Origin: Mustelus asterias
Lineage: Eukaryota
NCBI RefSeq assembly: GCF_964213995.1
Contig: NC_135823.1
Span: forward strand, 1,426,001 to 1,490,000
Reading direction: 5' to 3'
Length of the DNA stretch: 64,000 nt
The notes under the pieces were generated by a model. It saw only the letters and a program-made list of their open reading frames with translations, searched no databases and was not told where the DNA came from. Both the position numbers and the translations under genes were made by a program. Below, one piece after another: positions 1 through 12,927 of the stretch. Each line of letters starts with the position of its first letter. The stretch's first letter is position 1.

Positions 1-487
1 ATGTTGCAGGTTAAGTAGATTGGCCATTCCGAATTTCCCCTTAGTGGCAAAAGAGGTGTCATTTGCCCCTTACCGTCAGGAGCTACGTGGTTAGGGGTTG
101 GCTGGGATTGTTGTCAGTGTAGTCAAGATGGGCGGATTGGCCACCGTTTGCTCTGTAAGGATTCTATGAAATGTTTGTTCAATGATATTGAATCTGTGCT
201 AATATTTGAATGCAACTTACCCATTTCTCCCTCTTTCTGCCCCCCTCGGTGTGCTGTCTCTCTCAAGCTAAAACTGGATAAGGGAATAAAAGGTAATAAC
301 AAGTGCTACATCCATCAAATCCTGGCCCAGAAGCCAGAAGGACTTGAAGGAAAGGATAATCAATGTTAAAATATGGAACATTTTGGCAAATAGCATTGGA
401 CACAGTCACAGTATTGAACAGGGTTAGCACACTATTTAATACAGACAAAACATTTGAGATTGCTTTTGAACTGGCTCAGTTACTCAC

Positions 488-518
488 CTTTCATTGCGAG
501 CTCCCTGAGCTCGCTCTC
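488..518 (-). pseudogene. Gene A: 31-bp cytoplasmic exon (GERAQGARNE)
   Basis: gtttcAG acceptor and AG|GTGAGT donor; phase 1 follows the TM exon; a 31-bp paralogous exon lies at 56993-57023. Confidence 0.75.
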
Positions 519-615
519 CTGAAACAAGACAGAATGATTAGCAATGTCAAACTATGAGTAGAATCACATTAGATGAACAACAATGATATTATCCCTCCTA
601 AATATTGTGCCTCAC

Positions 616-717
616 CTGATTTGCTGCTCTTCCAAATCCAAAGAGAAAGAAGGACACAGAGGAGAATCGGGATCACCAGGATAGTTATGACAGTAGGATG
701 TCCCGGGTTGCACCATC
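616..717 (-). pseudogene. Gene A: connecting-peptide/transmembrane exon (WCNPGHPTVITILVIPILLCVLLSLWIWKSSKS)
   Basis: ttccctttgtAG acceptor, G|GTGAG donor, phase 1-1; about 20 hydrophobic residues followed by basic residues; membrane-proximal Cys; 102-bp paralog at 57118-57219. Confidence 0.85.
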
Positions 718-767
718 CTACAAAGGGAAAACATTTGAAACAGCTGCTGAGTCAAATCATTCGGCTT

Positions 768-1110
768 GGTAGCACAGTGGTTAGCACTGCTGCTTCACAG
801 CTCAAGGGACCTGGGTTCGTTTCCCGGCTTGGGTCAATGTCTGTGTGGAGTTTGCACATTTTCCTCGTGTCTGCGTGGGTTTCCACTGGGTGCTCCGGTT
901 TCCTCCACAGTCTAAAGATGTGCGGGTTAGGTTCATTGGCCATGCTAAAATTGCCCCTTCCTGTCCTGAGATGCGTAGGTTAGAGGGATGAGCGGGTAAA
1001 TGTGTAGGGATAAGGGGGTAGGGCCTGAGTGGGATTGTAGTCGGTGCAGACCCGATGGGCCAGATGGCCTGTTTATGCACTGTATGGTTTCTATGATGAC
1101 TCTATGATTC
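768..1110 (+). mobile_element. tRNA-derived SINE (HE1/V-SINE type)
   Basis: ggtagcacagtggttagcactgctgc head with B-box-like GGTTCG, ggccatgctaaaattgcccc core and CR1-like tail; absent from the A' duplicate. Confidence 0.8.
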
Positions 1111-1149
1111 TTTCTGAGCTTCTAGGAAACGCAATTCAACAAGCACAAT

Positions 1150-1797
1150 CTAACCGCCGGTCCTTGACGTTCAATGGTGTTACTATAACTGAATCCCTCA
1201 CTTAAACACAATGGCTACAAGACCATGTTCGAGGCTGATAATACTGCGGAGAGCAACCCAGCACATGACTACCCAAACCCTGGCCACCAACTACAAAGCA
1301 CAAGTCAGAAGTCTGATGGATGACTCCCCCCATGCCTGGTTGGGTGCAGCTCCAACAACACAGAGGGATTGTGAAACCACCCGGGACAAAGGAGCCCGCT
1401 TGATCTGCGCCACAACTACTCCCTCCACTAGTCGACACTCAGAAGCAGCAGTGTACCATCTACAAGATGTACTGCATCAATTCACCAAAGGTCCTTCGAC
1501 AGCACCTTCCAAACACACGGCCATTTCGAACCAGAAGACCAAGGGCAGGAGCTATCTGGGAACACCACCACCTGCAAGTCCCCCTCCATGCCACTCACTT
1601 TTCTGACTTGGAAACATATCGCCATTCCTTCGCAGGCACTCGGTCAAGATTCTAGAATTTCGCCTCGACCGGCACTGCGGGTCAACACACAGCACGGGGA
1701 CTGCAGTGTTTCAACAATGCAACTCACCATCACCTTCTCCGAAACGACTCGAGGTGGGCAATAAATGCTGGCCTCGCCATTTCCCACGAATGAATTT
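1150..1797 (+). mobile_element. Old LINE (CR1/L2-like) 3' fragment; paralog at ~57300-57962
   Basis: Degenerate RT C-terminus YKAQVRSLMDDSPHAWLGAAPTT...DKGARLI and 3' end gggcaataaatgctggcc. Confidence 0.65.
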
Positions 1798-3135
1798 AGA
1801 ATTTGGTTAAACACTGGGAACATTAAACACGGGTGTGAATTGAAATTAACAGCACATTTAATTGCTAGCAACCCATGAATGCAGAGGATGGAATGAATGA
1901 CATTATGTTTGCGAGTTGGGAACAACAATCTGACAGGCCTGTCAGGACAGTTCCACATTCAGTGCGTATGACAAAGGCATCACGCCAACAGTTATTTATA
2001 AAGTGAATCATAAAATTAGAGAGGCCCACAGTGTTCGCGCGGTGCCTTTCAAAGATGTATTGAAATAGTCGGGATTTGGGGGTAGGGCCTGGGTGGGATT
2101 GTGGTCGGTGCAGACTCGATGGGCCGAATGGCCTCTTTCTGTACTGTAGGGTTTCTATGATTTCTATGATTGCTCTTCAATCCAATTTTCCCTCACAGTC
2201 CTGCAGATTTCTGACCACCGACTCCAATTGCAATTCCGGTTGTGAAATGTATTGTTCTCCATGCCTTTCAGACGTAGTCCAGATCACAAGATCAAACAGT
2301 GTAAAATAATCTAAAAAAAACAATTTCTGTGAAGCTTCAGCTCCTGAGATTGGAATTCAGGTATTAGTAATTAAAAATTAAACAGGTGCAATCCCAAAAA
2401 TTAAAGATTGTGACATGAGATTCTGTGAAATTGAGCGAATGCCTCAGGAACACAATTCAACTCTTGTTTGCTCTCTTAACGCAAAGTGCATTCACGGTAG
2501 GAATGACCCCGAAACATTTCCAAAATCTATTGTCTGAAAAGGGCAGTCGAAGCAGATTCAATAATAACTTTCAAAACGAAAAATAGAGAAGTTTAAGTTT
2601 TTTGAGTGGCATAACATGTTGGCTTACGTTAACAAGGCAATGAGGTTAGTGCGAAAATCCCCTGGTCACAACACTCCAGCGCCTGTTCAGGTACAGCGAA
2701 GGAAAATTTGGCATAGCAAATGCACTTAGGCAGCACGTTTTTCGGACTGTTGGCCGAAACTGCAGCACCGGGATGAAACGTTTGGAGAACGTGCAGAATC
2801 TGCACAGACAGTAATCCAGCCTGGAATTGAACTATGATACGTGGCGCTGTGAGGCAGCAGTGCTAACCTCTGTGCCACAGTGCCGCCCATATTGTGACTT
2901 GAAGGGCAAAAGGTTAATGTTTGATGTTTATTTATTCGTGTCACAAGAAGGATTACATTAACGCTGCAATGGAGTTACTGTGAATTTCTCCTTGATCTAT
3001 TTATAGGGGTAATGCAGTTAAAACTGGAGGTTGCTACCAGTCAATTCACAGTCTTCAATTTCTTCGTATCTGGTACATTGCCCCAACAGATTCGGAGTTT
3101 AATTCAATTCATCAATGTGGTAATTGTCAACTCAC

Positions 3136-3465
3136 TTGTCCCAGTCTCTGCTGCTTTCGGGAATGCCACACCCCTTGTCCAGTATTTCCCTGGAATTCCC
3201 AGTTCAACAATGCAAGAACAGACAGCGCCGCTTCTCCAAATGTCCTCCGACACCATGACATGCGCTCTGATGCTGTAGGTCCCGTCCTCTTCCATTGTCC
3301 AGGGATCACTCGATCCCTCAGTGACCTGACCGGAAATATCCCAGAAAATAGCAACCTGGTTGGAAGAAACTCCACTGACCAAACACACTAAGGGCACGGT
3401 ATCATTAAAATCCAGCTCAACCGGCGGTACGAATACCAGCACAGCCGTCTTCGTGGTGGAACTGT
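3136..3465 (-). pseudogene. Gene A: Ig C1-type constant domain exon
   Basis: Within ORF 3104-3523: VLVFVPP...PLVCLVSG...IFW...DGTYS...W.SG..CSCIV; ccAG acceptor and A|GTGAGT donor; 330 bp, phase 1-1. Confidence 0.9.
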
Positions 3466-3553
3466 CTGGACAGATTGGGACACAGTTAAGGATTAATTTG
3501 CAACAAATGGTATTGCCGTGCACAACCTGAATTAATTACACTTGTTCACTTAC

Positions 3554-3880
3554 CTCCAACTAGGAGTGTGGGTCCATTCCCGAGCGGTCCAGAGCCAACT
3601 TGATATGAACAGGAGTAAGAACCCGAGTCATTCGTCTGGACATTGCGAATTTTCAGAATTAGTACGTTTCCCGGATTGCCTTATTCAGAAATAACTTTGC
3701 AGTCGGGCCCAAGACAAGACGCAGCGTTTAATAATACCGGGGCTGAACACAGACGCTGTTTGTACCAAGCACAGTCAGACATCGAATTCACTTCAGAAGT
3801 CTCATAACAGGACAATTCCACCGTCTGGCCCACGTCAGCTGTCATTGTGAAGGGCATTTGAGACAGAGAGGACACGGATT
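3554..3880 (-). pseudogene. Gene A: V domain exon with J-like strand; in-frame stop TAA at 3681-3683
   Basis: Reads SVSSLSQMPFTMTADVGQTVELSC...CAWYKQ...ISE*GNPGNVLILKIRNVQTNDSGSYSCSYQVGSGPLGNGPTLLVG; ttacAG acceptor and G|GTAAGT donor; 88-bp intron to the C1 exon. Confidence 0.9.
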
Positions 3881-4816
3881 CTGTAACTAGAGAGATTGTT
3901 ATTACATTCGCATAGATTATTGAGATATCTGAAGCAGCCTCTTCTAAAAAAAACTTGCCTGTATTTAAATTTTGTAGCTTATTTATTATTGTCACCAACA
4001 GCCTTACATTAACACTGCAATGAAGTTACGGTGAAAATCACCTCATCGCCACACTCCGGCGCCTGCTCGAGTACACCGAAGGAGAATGTAGCGCGGACAA
4101 TGCACCGCACCAGCACGACCTTTGGACTGTGAGAGGAAACCCAAGCAACGGAGCGACGGTGGTTGAGGGGAGACCTGATAGAAGTCTACAATATTATGAG
4201 AGGCATGGACAGAGTGGATAGTCAGAAGCTTTTTCCCAGGGTGAAAGAGTCAATTACTAGGGGGCAAAGGTTTAAGGTGCGAGGGACAATTTAAACGAGA
4301 TGTACGAGGCAGATTCTTTACACAGAGATTGGTGGGTGCCTGGACCTCAGTGCGGGGGGAGGTAGTGGAAGCGGATACGGTAGTGACTTTTAAGGGGCGT
4401 CTTGACAAGTACATGAGTGAGATGGGAATAGAGTGATATGGCCCCAGAAGCGTCGGGGTCTTTAGTTCAGTCGGGCAGCATGGTCGGTGCAGGCTTGGAG
4501 GGCCGAAGGGCCTGTTCCTGTGCTGTAATTTTCTTTGTTCTTTGTGCTTTTGTTCACCCGGAGGAAACGGATAAAGGTACTGGGCGAATGTGCCGACTCC
4601 ACACAGAAATTAAACAAAGCCGAGATTTGAACTGTTTCCTTGGCGCTGTGAGGGAGCAGTTCTAACCGTTGTGTCATCATGCTGCCCAATCTCCTTATTC
4701 TTTGTAATGATTGTTGGTTAAATTTCTTCTCTCGTTATTTTTTCCCTCACTTTATGGATGGAACTAAATTAACTGATATGATCAAATTAAATTCCTTCAA
4801 ATGAATACTGGCTCAC

Positions 4817-4859
4817 GTTTTCAGCTTAGAAAATTCTCATTCTGCTTTATAAACGCCAT
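4817..4859 (-). pseudogene. Candidate decayed leader exon of gene A
   Basis: gccacATGG Kozak context; 43 bp ending in phase 1 at C|GTGAG, the same length as the gene B leader; but the peptide is poorly hydrophobic and has an in-frame TGA. Confidence 0.35.
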
Positions 4860-7439
4860 GTGGCTTAAAATTTCCTCCCGCCTCTTGCTCACAGTGAAAC
4901 CACAGCACTTTGAAAATGATTATCAGCGATGAGGAGCATTTCGCCATCTTGATAGAGTTTCCTTATATTCTGTCTGACTGGGTTCCTTCTGCAGACACGA
5001 TGGCTGCAGACTCAACAGATCTGAGTTCCAATGAGTTGGGCTTTTGCTAATTCGGTGGAAACTATGATGAGCTTTGTGACACCATTGTGGTGAAGTGTTG
5101 GTTGAATACAGCATTCATTTGACACACCTCACCGTTTATGTGACACAACACCCAGCTAGTAGCGTACATATCAATAACTTTCCTGGATAATAGCTCACAG
5201 TAATATTAGGTGGATGCACGCTGAATGCCCTGGATATAATCCAATGTGAGATTAAGTATATACTGTTTTCAATTATTCATGCGGCATCGCCATCGCTAGC
5301 TAGCATTATTGCCCTTTCTTTGTTGCCTGAGGACAGTTGAGATCCAAACACATTGCTTTGGCTCTAACATCACATGTCGGCAAGGCCAGGTAAGGATGGC
5401 AGAGTTCCTTTCCTAAATAGCATTAGTGAACCAGATGGGTTCTTGCCCGACAATTATCATCAGTAGTTTCTTAAATCCAGATTTATTTCATTGAATTCAA
5501 ATGCCGTCATCTGCCATGGCGAGATTCGAAACCGTGTTCCAGAACATTAGCTGAGATTTTGGATTAATAGGCTCGCAATGATACCACGAGGTCATCGCCT
5601 CCCCAAGAATAGAAAACCAGCATTGAGATTTTGCTGCTGACCCAATCTATTGTGTCACCACTCAACAATGTGTTCTTGAGTTTAAGAGTCCCAGTCAGTT
5701 TGCCTTTCCTGTTATTTATGACAGCTCAGTCCAGGTTTACTTCTGAGAAATTCTGTTCGCGCCAGCTCCAGTGTCGCAATTTCTCTTTCTACCATGGAGG
5801 GGCGCAGATGTGCAGAATTAATCCAAATTCGAAACCAGATCTTCAATACATGTAAAAAAGGACTGGTCGGTGTTGCAGATGTTGGCGTTACAATTATGTT
5901 CCCCTTCAGTTGGTTTTGCATTTTCCAGCGAATTTAAGAAGCAACTTCATCAAAAAGAGTCGTGTGTCAAAATGGTTCACAACAAATATACCAACAGGAT
6001 GCCAGGGTGGCACAATTATTGACACTGCTGCCTCACAGCGCCAGTAACCTGAGTTCAATTCCTGGCTTGGATCAATGTCTGTGCGGTGTCGGCACCTGTT
6101 CCCTGTGTCTGCGTGGATTTCCTCTGGATGCTCCGCATTCGTCCCACAGTCTGAAACAGTGGGTAGGTTCAGTGCATTGACTGAATTCTCCCTCACAGCA
6201 CGGGAACAGGCGCTGGAGTGTGGTGACTAGGGGACTTTCACAGTAACTTCATTGCAGTGTTAATGTAAGCGTACTTGTGACACGAATACATTTTAAAAAC
6301 TCTAAATAGTTACGTGTTATCACATCGACTTGTAAACTGTGCGGGAGTCTAACTTTACCGAATTTAATACAATCACGAGGGGGATAGATAAGGTGCATAG
6401 TCAATGGCTGTTTCTCAGGGTAGGGAATTCCAAAGCCAGAGCGCATAGCTTGAAGTTGCGAGGGGAACGACTTTAAGCGGTTGCGAGGGGAAACCTGTTC
6501 GCTCAGAGTGTGGTGCATAGAGGAATGAGCTGCCATGGAGGTGGTAGAGGCGGGTACAATTGCAACATTTAAAATACATTCGGACAGGCACATGAATGGA
6601 AAATGTTTCGAGGGATATGTGCCAAGCGCAGGCAAATGGGACAATTTGGTTAATGAAAGCTGATAAGCATGGAGGGGTTGGGACGAAAGGCCTGTTTTCG
6701 TGCTGTATGTCTCTCTCTAATTGTACACAAGGCTGTTCTGTTTTCATCAATCCACCCCAAGCTGGAAACACTCATCAATCTGCAGTTAAACACTTAGACC
6801 CAGCGTTTGACCACTGCAGCCTGATCTGTACGGGAAGCGTACGCATTTTGTGTAAGGGTGCTTTGACATTCACAGCAAATAACCGCGGTCACAGGCAATG
6901 CGCCTCTTTGCTGCCGAGCCACGCTCTCTGCTGCTGCCTCCACTGACTCCATTCTTCATCGTTCGATCTCCGCCCCTCACTGCGTTTTGCAAAGCCTCAA
7001 ATAGGTTGTGGGTAAGGTGCTTTGACACTCACAGCAAATAGCCGCGGTCACAGACAATGCGCCTCTTCGCTGCCGAGCCACGCTCTCTGCTGCTGCCTCC
7101 ACTGACTCCCTTCTTCATCGTTCAAGCTCAAGCATTTCTGCAAAAAGTTCAGACAATCAGTCAGGCTCAACACTCTCTGCTCACTTCGGAACTCATTTTG
7201 CCACTAATTCCTTCCACCAGGCTCTTCACATTCAGATTAATGTAACTTATTATTGTTAGTGACGAATCCCTTCATCAGATGGTCACTGGGATCGCACTGT
7301 GTAATGTCTGCACAGAGGCAGGGTAACAAATCAGCAAATTGCAATTTCCCAGAAATTGGTGGCAGGAGCAGAGTGGACATAAGAACACGACAACATCCAA
7401 TTGCCATCCAAGCCACACCCCACACTCACACGGGACATT

Positions 7440-10235
7440 TACAATTTAATTAAGGTATCTGCAAACATATGAGGCAGGAATTCGCCAGAGTTGATTGGAA
7501 AGGAAGCCGAGCCCAAAAACAAATTTGGAACAGCAATGTCAGGAGTTTGTGGGTGTTAGACGGGAGACACAACTAAAATTCATCCCAAGGAGGATTAATG
7601 ATGCTAAGGCATCCATGGCTGATGAGGGAAGTCAAGCACTGCATCAAAGGAAAAGAAAAAGCAAAACAATTGGGGACGATCAGTGGGAAGCCAAAGGATT
7701 GGGAAGTTTTTAAAAGCGAGCAGAGGACCACTAAAAAGGCAATAAGGGGGGAGAAGATGAATTATGCGTGTTAGTTAGCTTGTAATATAAACGAAGATAG
7801 GAAGGTTTTTTTTTCTCGGTATAAAAGGTAACAGAAACGCAAAAATAGCCTTTAGACCACTGATAAATGAGGCTGGAGAAATAATAATAGGAAACGAAGA
7901 AATGGCAGAGGAACTGAATAGTTACATTGCATCAGTCTTCACGATGGAAGACACCAGTGGGATGCCAGTTCTCCAAGCGAATCTGGGGGGACAGGACAGT
8001 ATAGTGACAATTACTAAGGAGAAGGTTCTGGGGAACGTGAAGTGTGGTTGAAGGTGGAGAAATCACCTGGACCGGATGGACAATACCCCAGTTTTCTAAA
8101 ATAGATACCTGAGGAAATTGTGAAGGCTTTGGTGGTGACCTTTCAGGAATCACTGGAGGCAGGGAGGGTCCCAGAGGACTGGAAGTTAGCTAATGTAACA
8201 CAGCTGTTTAAGAAGGGAGGGAGGCAGCAGACGGGAAATTATAGGCCGGTTACACCGACTTCGGTCATTGGCAAGATTTTAGAGTTCATTATTAAAGATC
8301 GCAGTGTACTTGGAAGTGTATGATAAATAGGACTGAGTCAGCACACATCCTCCTTTACATCGGAAAATACAGGCTGGGGATCTCGAGGAGGGTCGCAGGA
8401 AATTATCTTTGGACTCTTCCGACATGCAGAAGGCTCACAGTCTCCATTCAACCACGAGAATTGGGAGGTATACATATAGTATAATTGTATGGGGAGACAC
8501 AAACTCAGAAATAAGGTGCAGGTGATAAAGTATTCGGTGTGCTTTCCTGTGCAGAATACATAACATCTAAAGGAGGAAATATTGGGGTTCTTGAGAAACA
8601 TTAAGGTAGACAAATCCCCAGGGCCTGATGGAATGTATCCCACAATACAAAGAACAAAGAACAGGATAGCACAGGAAACAGGCCCTTCGGCCCTCCAAGC
8701 CTGTGCCGCTCCTTGGTCCAACTAGAATACGGAGAAAGGCAAGGGAGGAAATCGCGTGGGTTTTAAGAGAACTCTTTTCATCCTCACTGGCTACCGGGGA
8801 GGTCCCAGAGAATTGGAAGATAGCCAATGTTGTCCCTTTGTTTAAGAAGGGTAGCAAGAATAGTCCAATTAACTACAGGCCTGTGAGCCTTACATCAGTG
8901 TAAGGGATATTATTGGAGAGGATTCTTCGAGACAGTATTTATTCCCACTTGGAAATCAATGGACTTATTAGCGAGACGCAACATGGTTTTGTGAAGGGGA
9001 GTTCGTTTCTCATTAACTTGTTCGAGTTTTTCAAGGAAGTGACGAAAATGAATGATGACGGTCAGATGTTGTCTATATGGACTTCAGGAAGGCCTTTGAC
9101 AAGATCCTTCATGGCAGACTGTTGCAGAAGGTGAAGTCGCATGGGATCAGACCTGATATGGCAAGGTGAATACAAAACTGGCGTGGTCATAAAAAACCGA
9201 CGGCAGCAGTGAATGGAGGGCTGTGACAAGTGGCGCGCCTCAGGGATCAGTGCTGGGACCTTTGCTGTTCGTAATGTATATATATCAATGATTTGGAGGA
9301 AAATGGAACTGGTTTGATTGGTAAGTTTGCAGACGACTCAATGATTTGTGGCTTTGCGGATAGTGATGATACAGAGGATACAGCAATATATTGATCGGTT
9401 GAAGACTTGGGTGGAGCGATGCCAGACGGAGTTTAATCTGGACAAATGTGAGGTAATGCCTTTCGGCAGGTATAATACAGATATGAAATATACAGTAAAT
9501 GTCTGAACCCTTAACGGTATTGATAGTCAGAGAGATGTGGGTGTACAGTTACAGACGTCACTGAAAGTGGCAACGCAGGTGGAGAAGGTAGTCAAGAAGA
9601 CATACAGCATGCGAGCCTTCATCGGCCAGGGCATTGGATTAAAAAATTGGCAAGTAATGTTGCAGCTTTACAGAACCTTAATTGGGCCGCACTTAGAATA
9701 TAGTGTTCAATTCTGGTCGACACACTAACAGAAGGATGTGGAGGATTTGGAGAGGGCCAAAAAAATATTTTCCAGGATGTTGCCTGGTATGGAGGGCATT
9801 AGCTATGAGGAGAGGTCGGAGAAACTTGGTTTGTTCTCAGTGGAACGACGAAAGTTGAGGGGCGACTGATAGACTTCCACAAGATTATGAGGGTCATGGG
9901 CAGAGTGGGTAGTCAGAAGATTTTTCCCAGGGCGAAAGAGCCAAGTTCTAGGGGGCATAGCTTTAAGGTGTGAGGGGCAAGGCTGAAAGGAGATGTACGA
10001 GGCAGGTTTTTTACATAGAGGCTGGTGGGTGCCTGGGACTCGCTGGCGGGAGTGGTCGTGGAATCAGACACGATAGTGACTTTTAAGGGTGTCTTGACAA
10101 ATACATGAATGGGATGGGAATGGGGGGATATTGTCCCCGGAACGGTTGGAGGTTTCAGTTAAGTCGGGCAGCATGGTCGGTGCAGGTTTCGAGGGCCGAA
10201 GGGACTGTTCCTGTGCTGTAATTGTCTTTGTTTTT
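7440..10235 (+). mobile_element. Decayed CR1 LINE fragments
   Basis: ORF pieces VPEDWKLANV...GNYRPV, QHGFVKG and PHLEYSVQFWS with many stops; CR1 3' UTR near 10170-10225. Confidence 0.85.
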
Positions 10236-11584
10236 TCTTGGTTTGATACCAACCCTATTTTGGAAATCCGCCAGTCATTTTCACAGTTGGCTAACGCATG
10301 GCGGCATATGTTCCCACAACGTCCAGTGTCTGGAAAATACCTCTTTCTGGGACAGAACCCGTGCAGAATACTCGCCGATCAGAATGTCCCTTCCCTCTCC
10401 ATTCTGAGGATGGTTTCCTTCGGCTATTCGATTTAAATGAATATCTTGTCGTGAATCCATGGCAGACATCTCTCCAAATATGGAGAAGTAGTGAGCGCTT
10501 GACAAAGAACTGGAGAAGGGGAAGGGAAAAGGGAGCAGTCATATTTCACTGCGGCAGGACTGGATAATAAAAACAAAAATGCATGGGCAAAGTTAGACCT
10601 GCAGATTGTAGACAGAACCAGAACTTTCAACAACCACAGTTTAACATTCTTAGAATCAGCACTAATGGAGGGATTATTAATTCTATAGAAGTGATAAACA
10701 TCTGTTTGGATCTCAGCAAATGTTTGACTTAAAAGAAAATCAGACTTGTATTTCCATGGCGCCGTTCACGGCCTCGGCCATGGCAATATCATTTTCAGTC
10801 GCGGCAAGGAAGTGCTTAATTGTTGCCTGAATTGTAAAGTTGGAAAGGCAGCAAGCGAATTTTCACCAAGATACCACAAGAGAGGTGTTTATTTACAGAT
10901 AATCATTGGCCCCAAGTCAAAGAGAAAGCATCGCCCGCGAATCCTGCAATGCCGATTTGCCTCCAATGGTAGCTGTTCACGTGAGATTCGTCCATGGCAG
11001 ATAGAGCGTCGATTAACATCACACCCAAAAAATTAGAACCTCGGAAAGTGCAGCAGTCCCATTGTACTGACAAATTGGTCGAAATCTTGGGGGTCCACCT
11101 ATGACTCTGCATGCGTCAACAACATTTGAACTCACAGCGGACTGAAATACAGAATAAATCATTTGGTGCAGCTGGGCAAAAATAGAAAATGGAACACAGA
11201 ACAGTGCAGCACAGGAACAGGAACTTCGGCCCGTCATGTTGTGCCAAACATCATGATAAATTAAACGATTCCCTTCTGCCTGGCCTTGGTCCATATTCCT
11301 CTGGACCTTGCATATCCCTGTGCTTCCCGAAAAGCTCCTTAAACGCCCCGAAGGTATGTGTCTCCACGACCATTTCTTGCAGTGCGTTCCAGGCACCTAT
11401 CACAAAAACACTTGCCCCTCACACTTTCTTTCACCGTCTGCCCTTCTATCTGTGCTCCCGAGTTTTGGATATTTCAATTCTCGGAAAACGATTTTGTCTC
11501 TCAAAACTATCTATGCCTCTCATGATTTTGTGGACTTCTCTCAGTTTCAGTGTAAGTGATATATGGGCAAAATAGATTCATGGT

Positions 11585-12440
11585 GTCATGGCGTCTTAGA
11601 GGTTTACAGCATGGAAACAAGTCCTTCGATACAACATGTCCATGCCACCCCTTTTTGATACTCTAAGCTGGTCCCAATTACGCGCGTTTGACCCATATGC
11701 CTTTTGACTCATCTTACCCATGGAACTGCCTGAGCGCTTTTTTAAACATAGAATTGTGCGCTCCTCCAATACTATCTCTGGCAGCTCGTTCCAGACACTC
11801 AGCACTTTCTGTGTGAACGAAATTGCCCCTCTGGACCATATTGTATCTCTCTCCTCTCACCTTAAACCTACGCCCTCTTGTTTTAGACTCCCCTACCTTT
11901 GGGAAAGGATATTGACAATCTACCTGATCTATCCCGCTCATTATTGTATAGACATCAACCTGCTCCACTTCAGGAAATAGCGGTCCCAGTCTATCGAGCC
12001 TCTCCTTATAACTCATACCATCAAGCCCCGGTAGCATCCTTGTAATCATTTTCTGCACTCTTTCTAGTTTAATAATATCCTTTCCATAATAGGGTGACCA
12101 GGCCTGTACACAGTCTTCCAACTTTGGCCTTACCAATGTCTTGCACAACATCAACAAGACATCTCAACTCCTGCATTCAATGTTCTGACCATTGAAACCA
12201 AGCACGCCAAATTTCTTCTTCTCTGTCCACCTATGACTCTACTTTCAAGGAGCTATGAACCTGTACCCCGAGATATCTGTGTTCAATAACTCCCTGCAAC
12301 TACCTTCGATTAACTGAGTAAGTCCTGCTCTAGTTCCATCTACCAAAATGCATCACTTCACATTGATCCAAATTATACTCCATCTGCCATTCGTCAACAC
12401 ACTGGCCCAATTGATCAAGATCCCATTGCAATCCGAGATA
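11585..12440 (-). mobile_element. CR1 LINE 3' fragment
   Basis: KTLVRPKLEDCVQAWSPYY...LERVQ...TRMLPGL. Confidence 0.85.
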
Positions 12441-12927
12441 TCTGACCAGTTTTCTGCTGTATACTTAAGGCAAGGCAGAATTCAAATTTGAGACATTATT
12501 CAGCAGATCACTTACTCGTGGAGTCTTTTTTTCCCCAAGGTTACAATGTCTCATCGTTTAAAATATATATGCATGGGATGGGGGTTAGGCTGGTGAGACC
12601 ATCATCAATTGAGAAGGTCGTGGTGATCCACATTTTGGAAGCCCAGAAGCCCATCTGGAGAAGATGCTCCACAAGTCAGTTCGACAGGTGCTTTCAGCAT
12701 TTTGACCCAGCGACGATAGTAGAAATGTGCATTTATCTGGGTTGCCCGTGTCCTTCTAGTAAGTAGTTATCAATTTATTTGGAGACGCTGCGACCGAGGT
12801 TTGCTCGGTTAGGACAGGACAATATCCATAGTGCAGAAGGAGAACATTTGGCCCATCACGTTTCCACCTACTTTGTGAAAGAACATCTTTACGCCCATCT
12901 CTTTGCTATCGTTGTACTGCTCGCAAT

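Noticed and set aside
4890-4896. CACAGTG heptamers (also ~48145 and in SINE heads) as RSS
   Set aside because: No ACAAAAACC-like nonamer at 12 or 23 bp and not adjacent to V or J coding ends
10240-11180. Overlapping short ORFs in apparently unique sequence
   Set aside because: No recognisable domain or consistent exon structure
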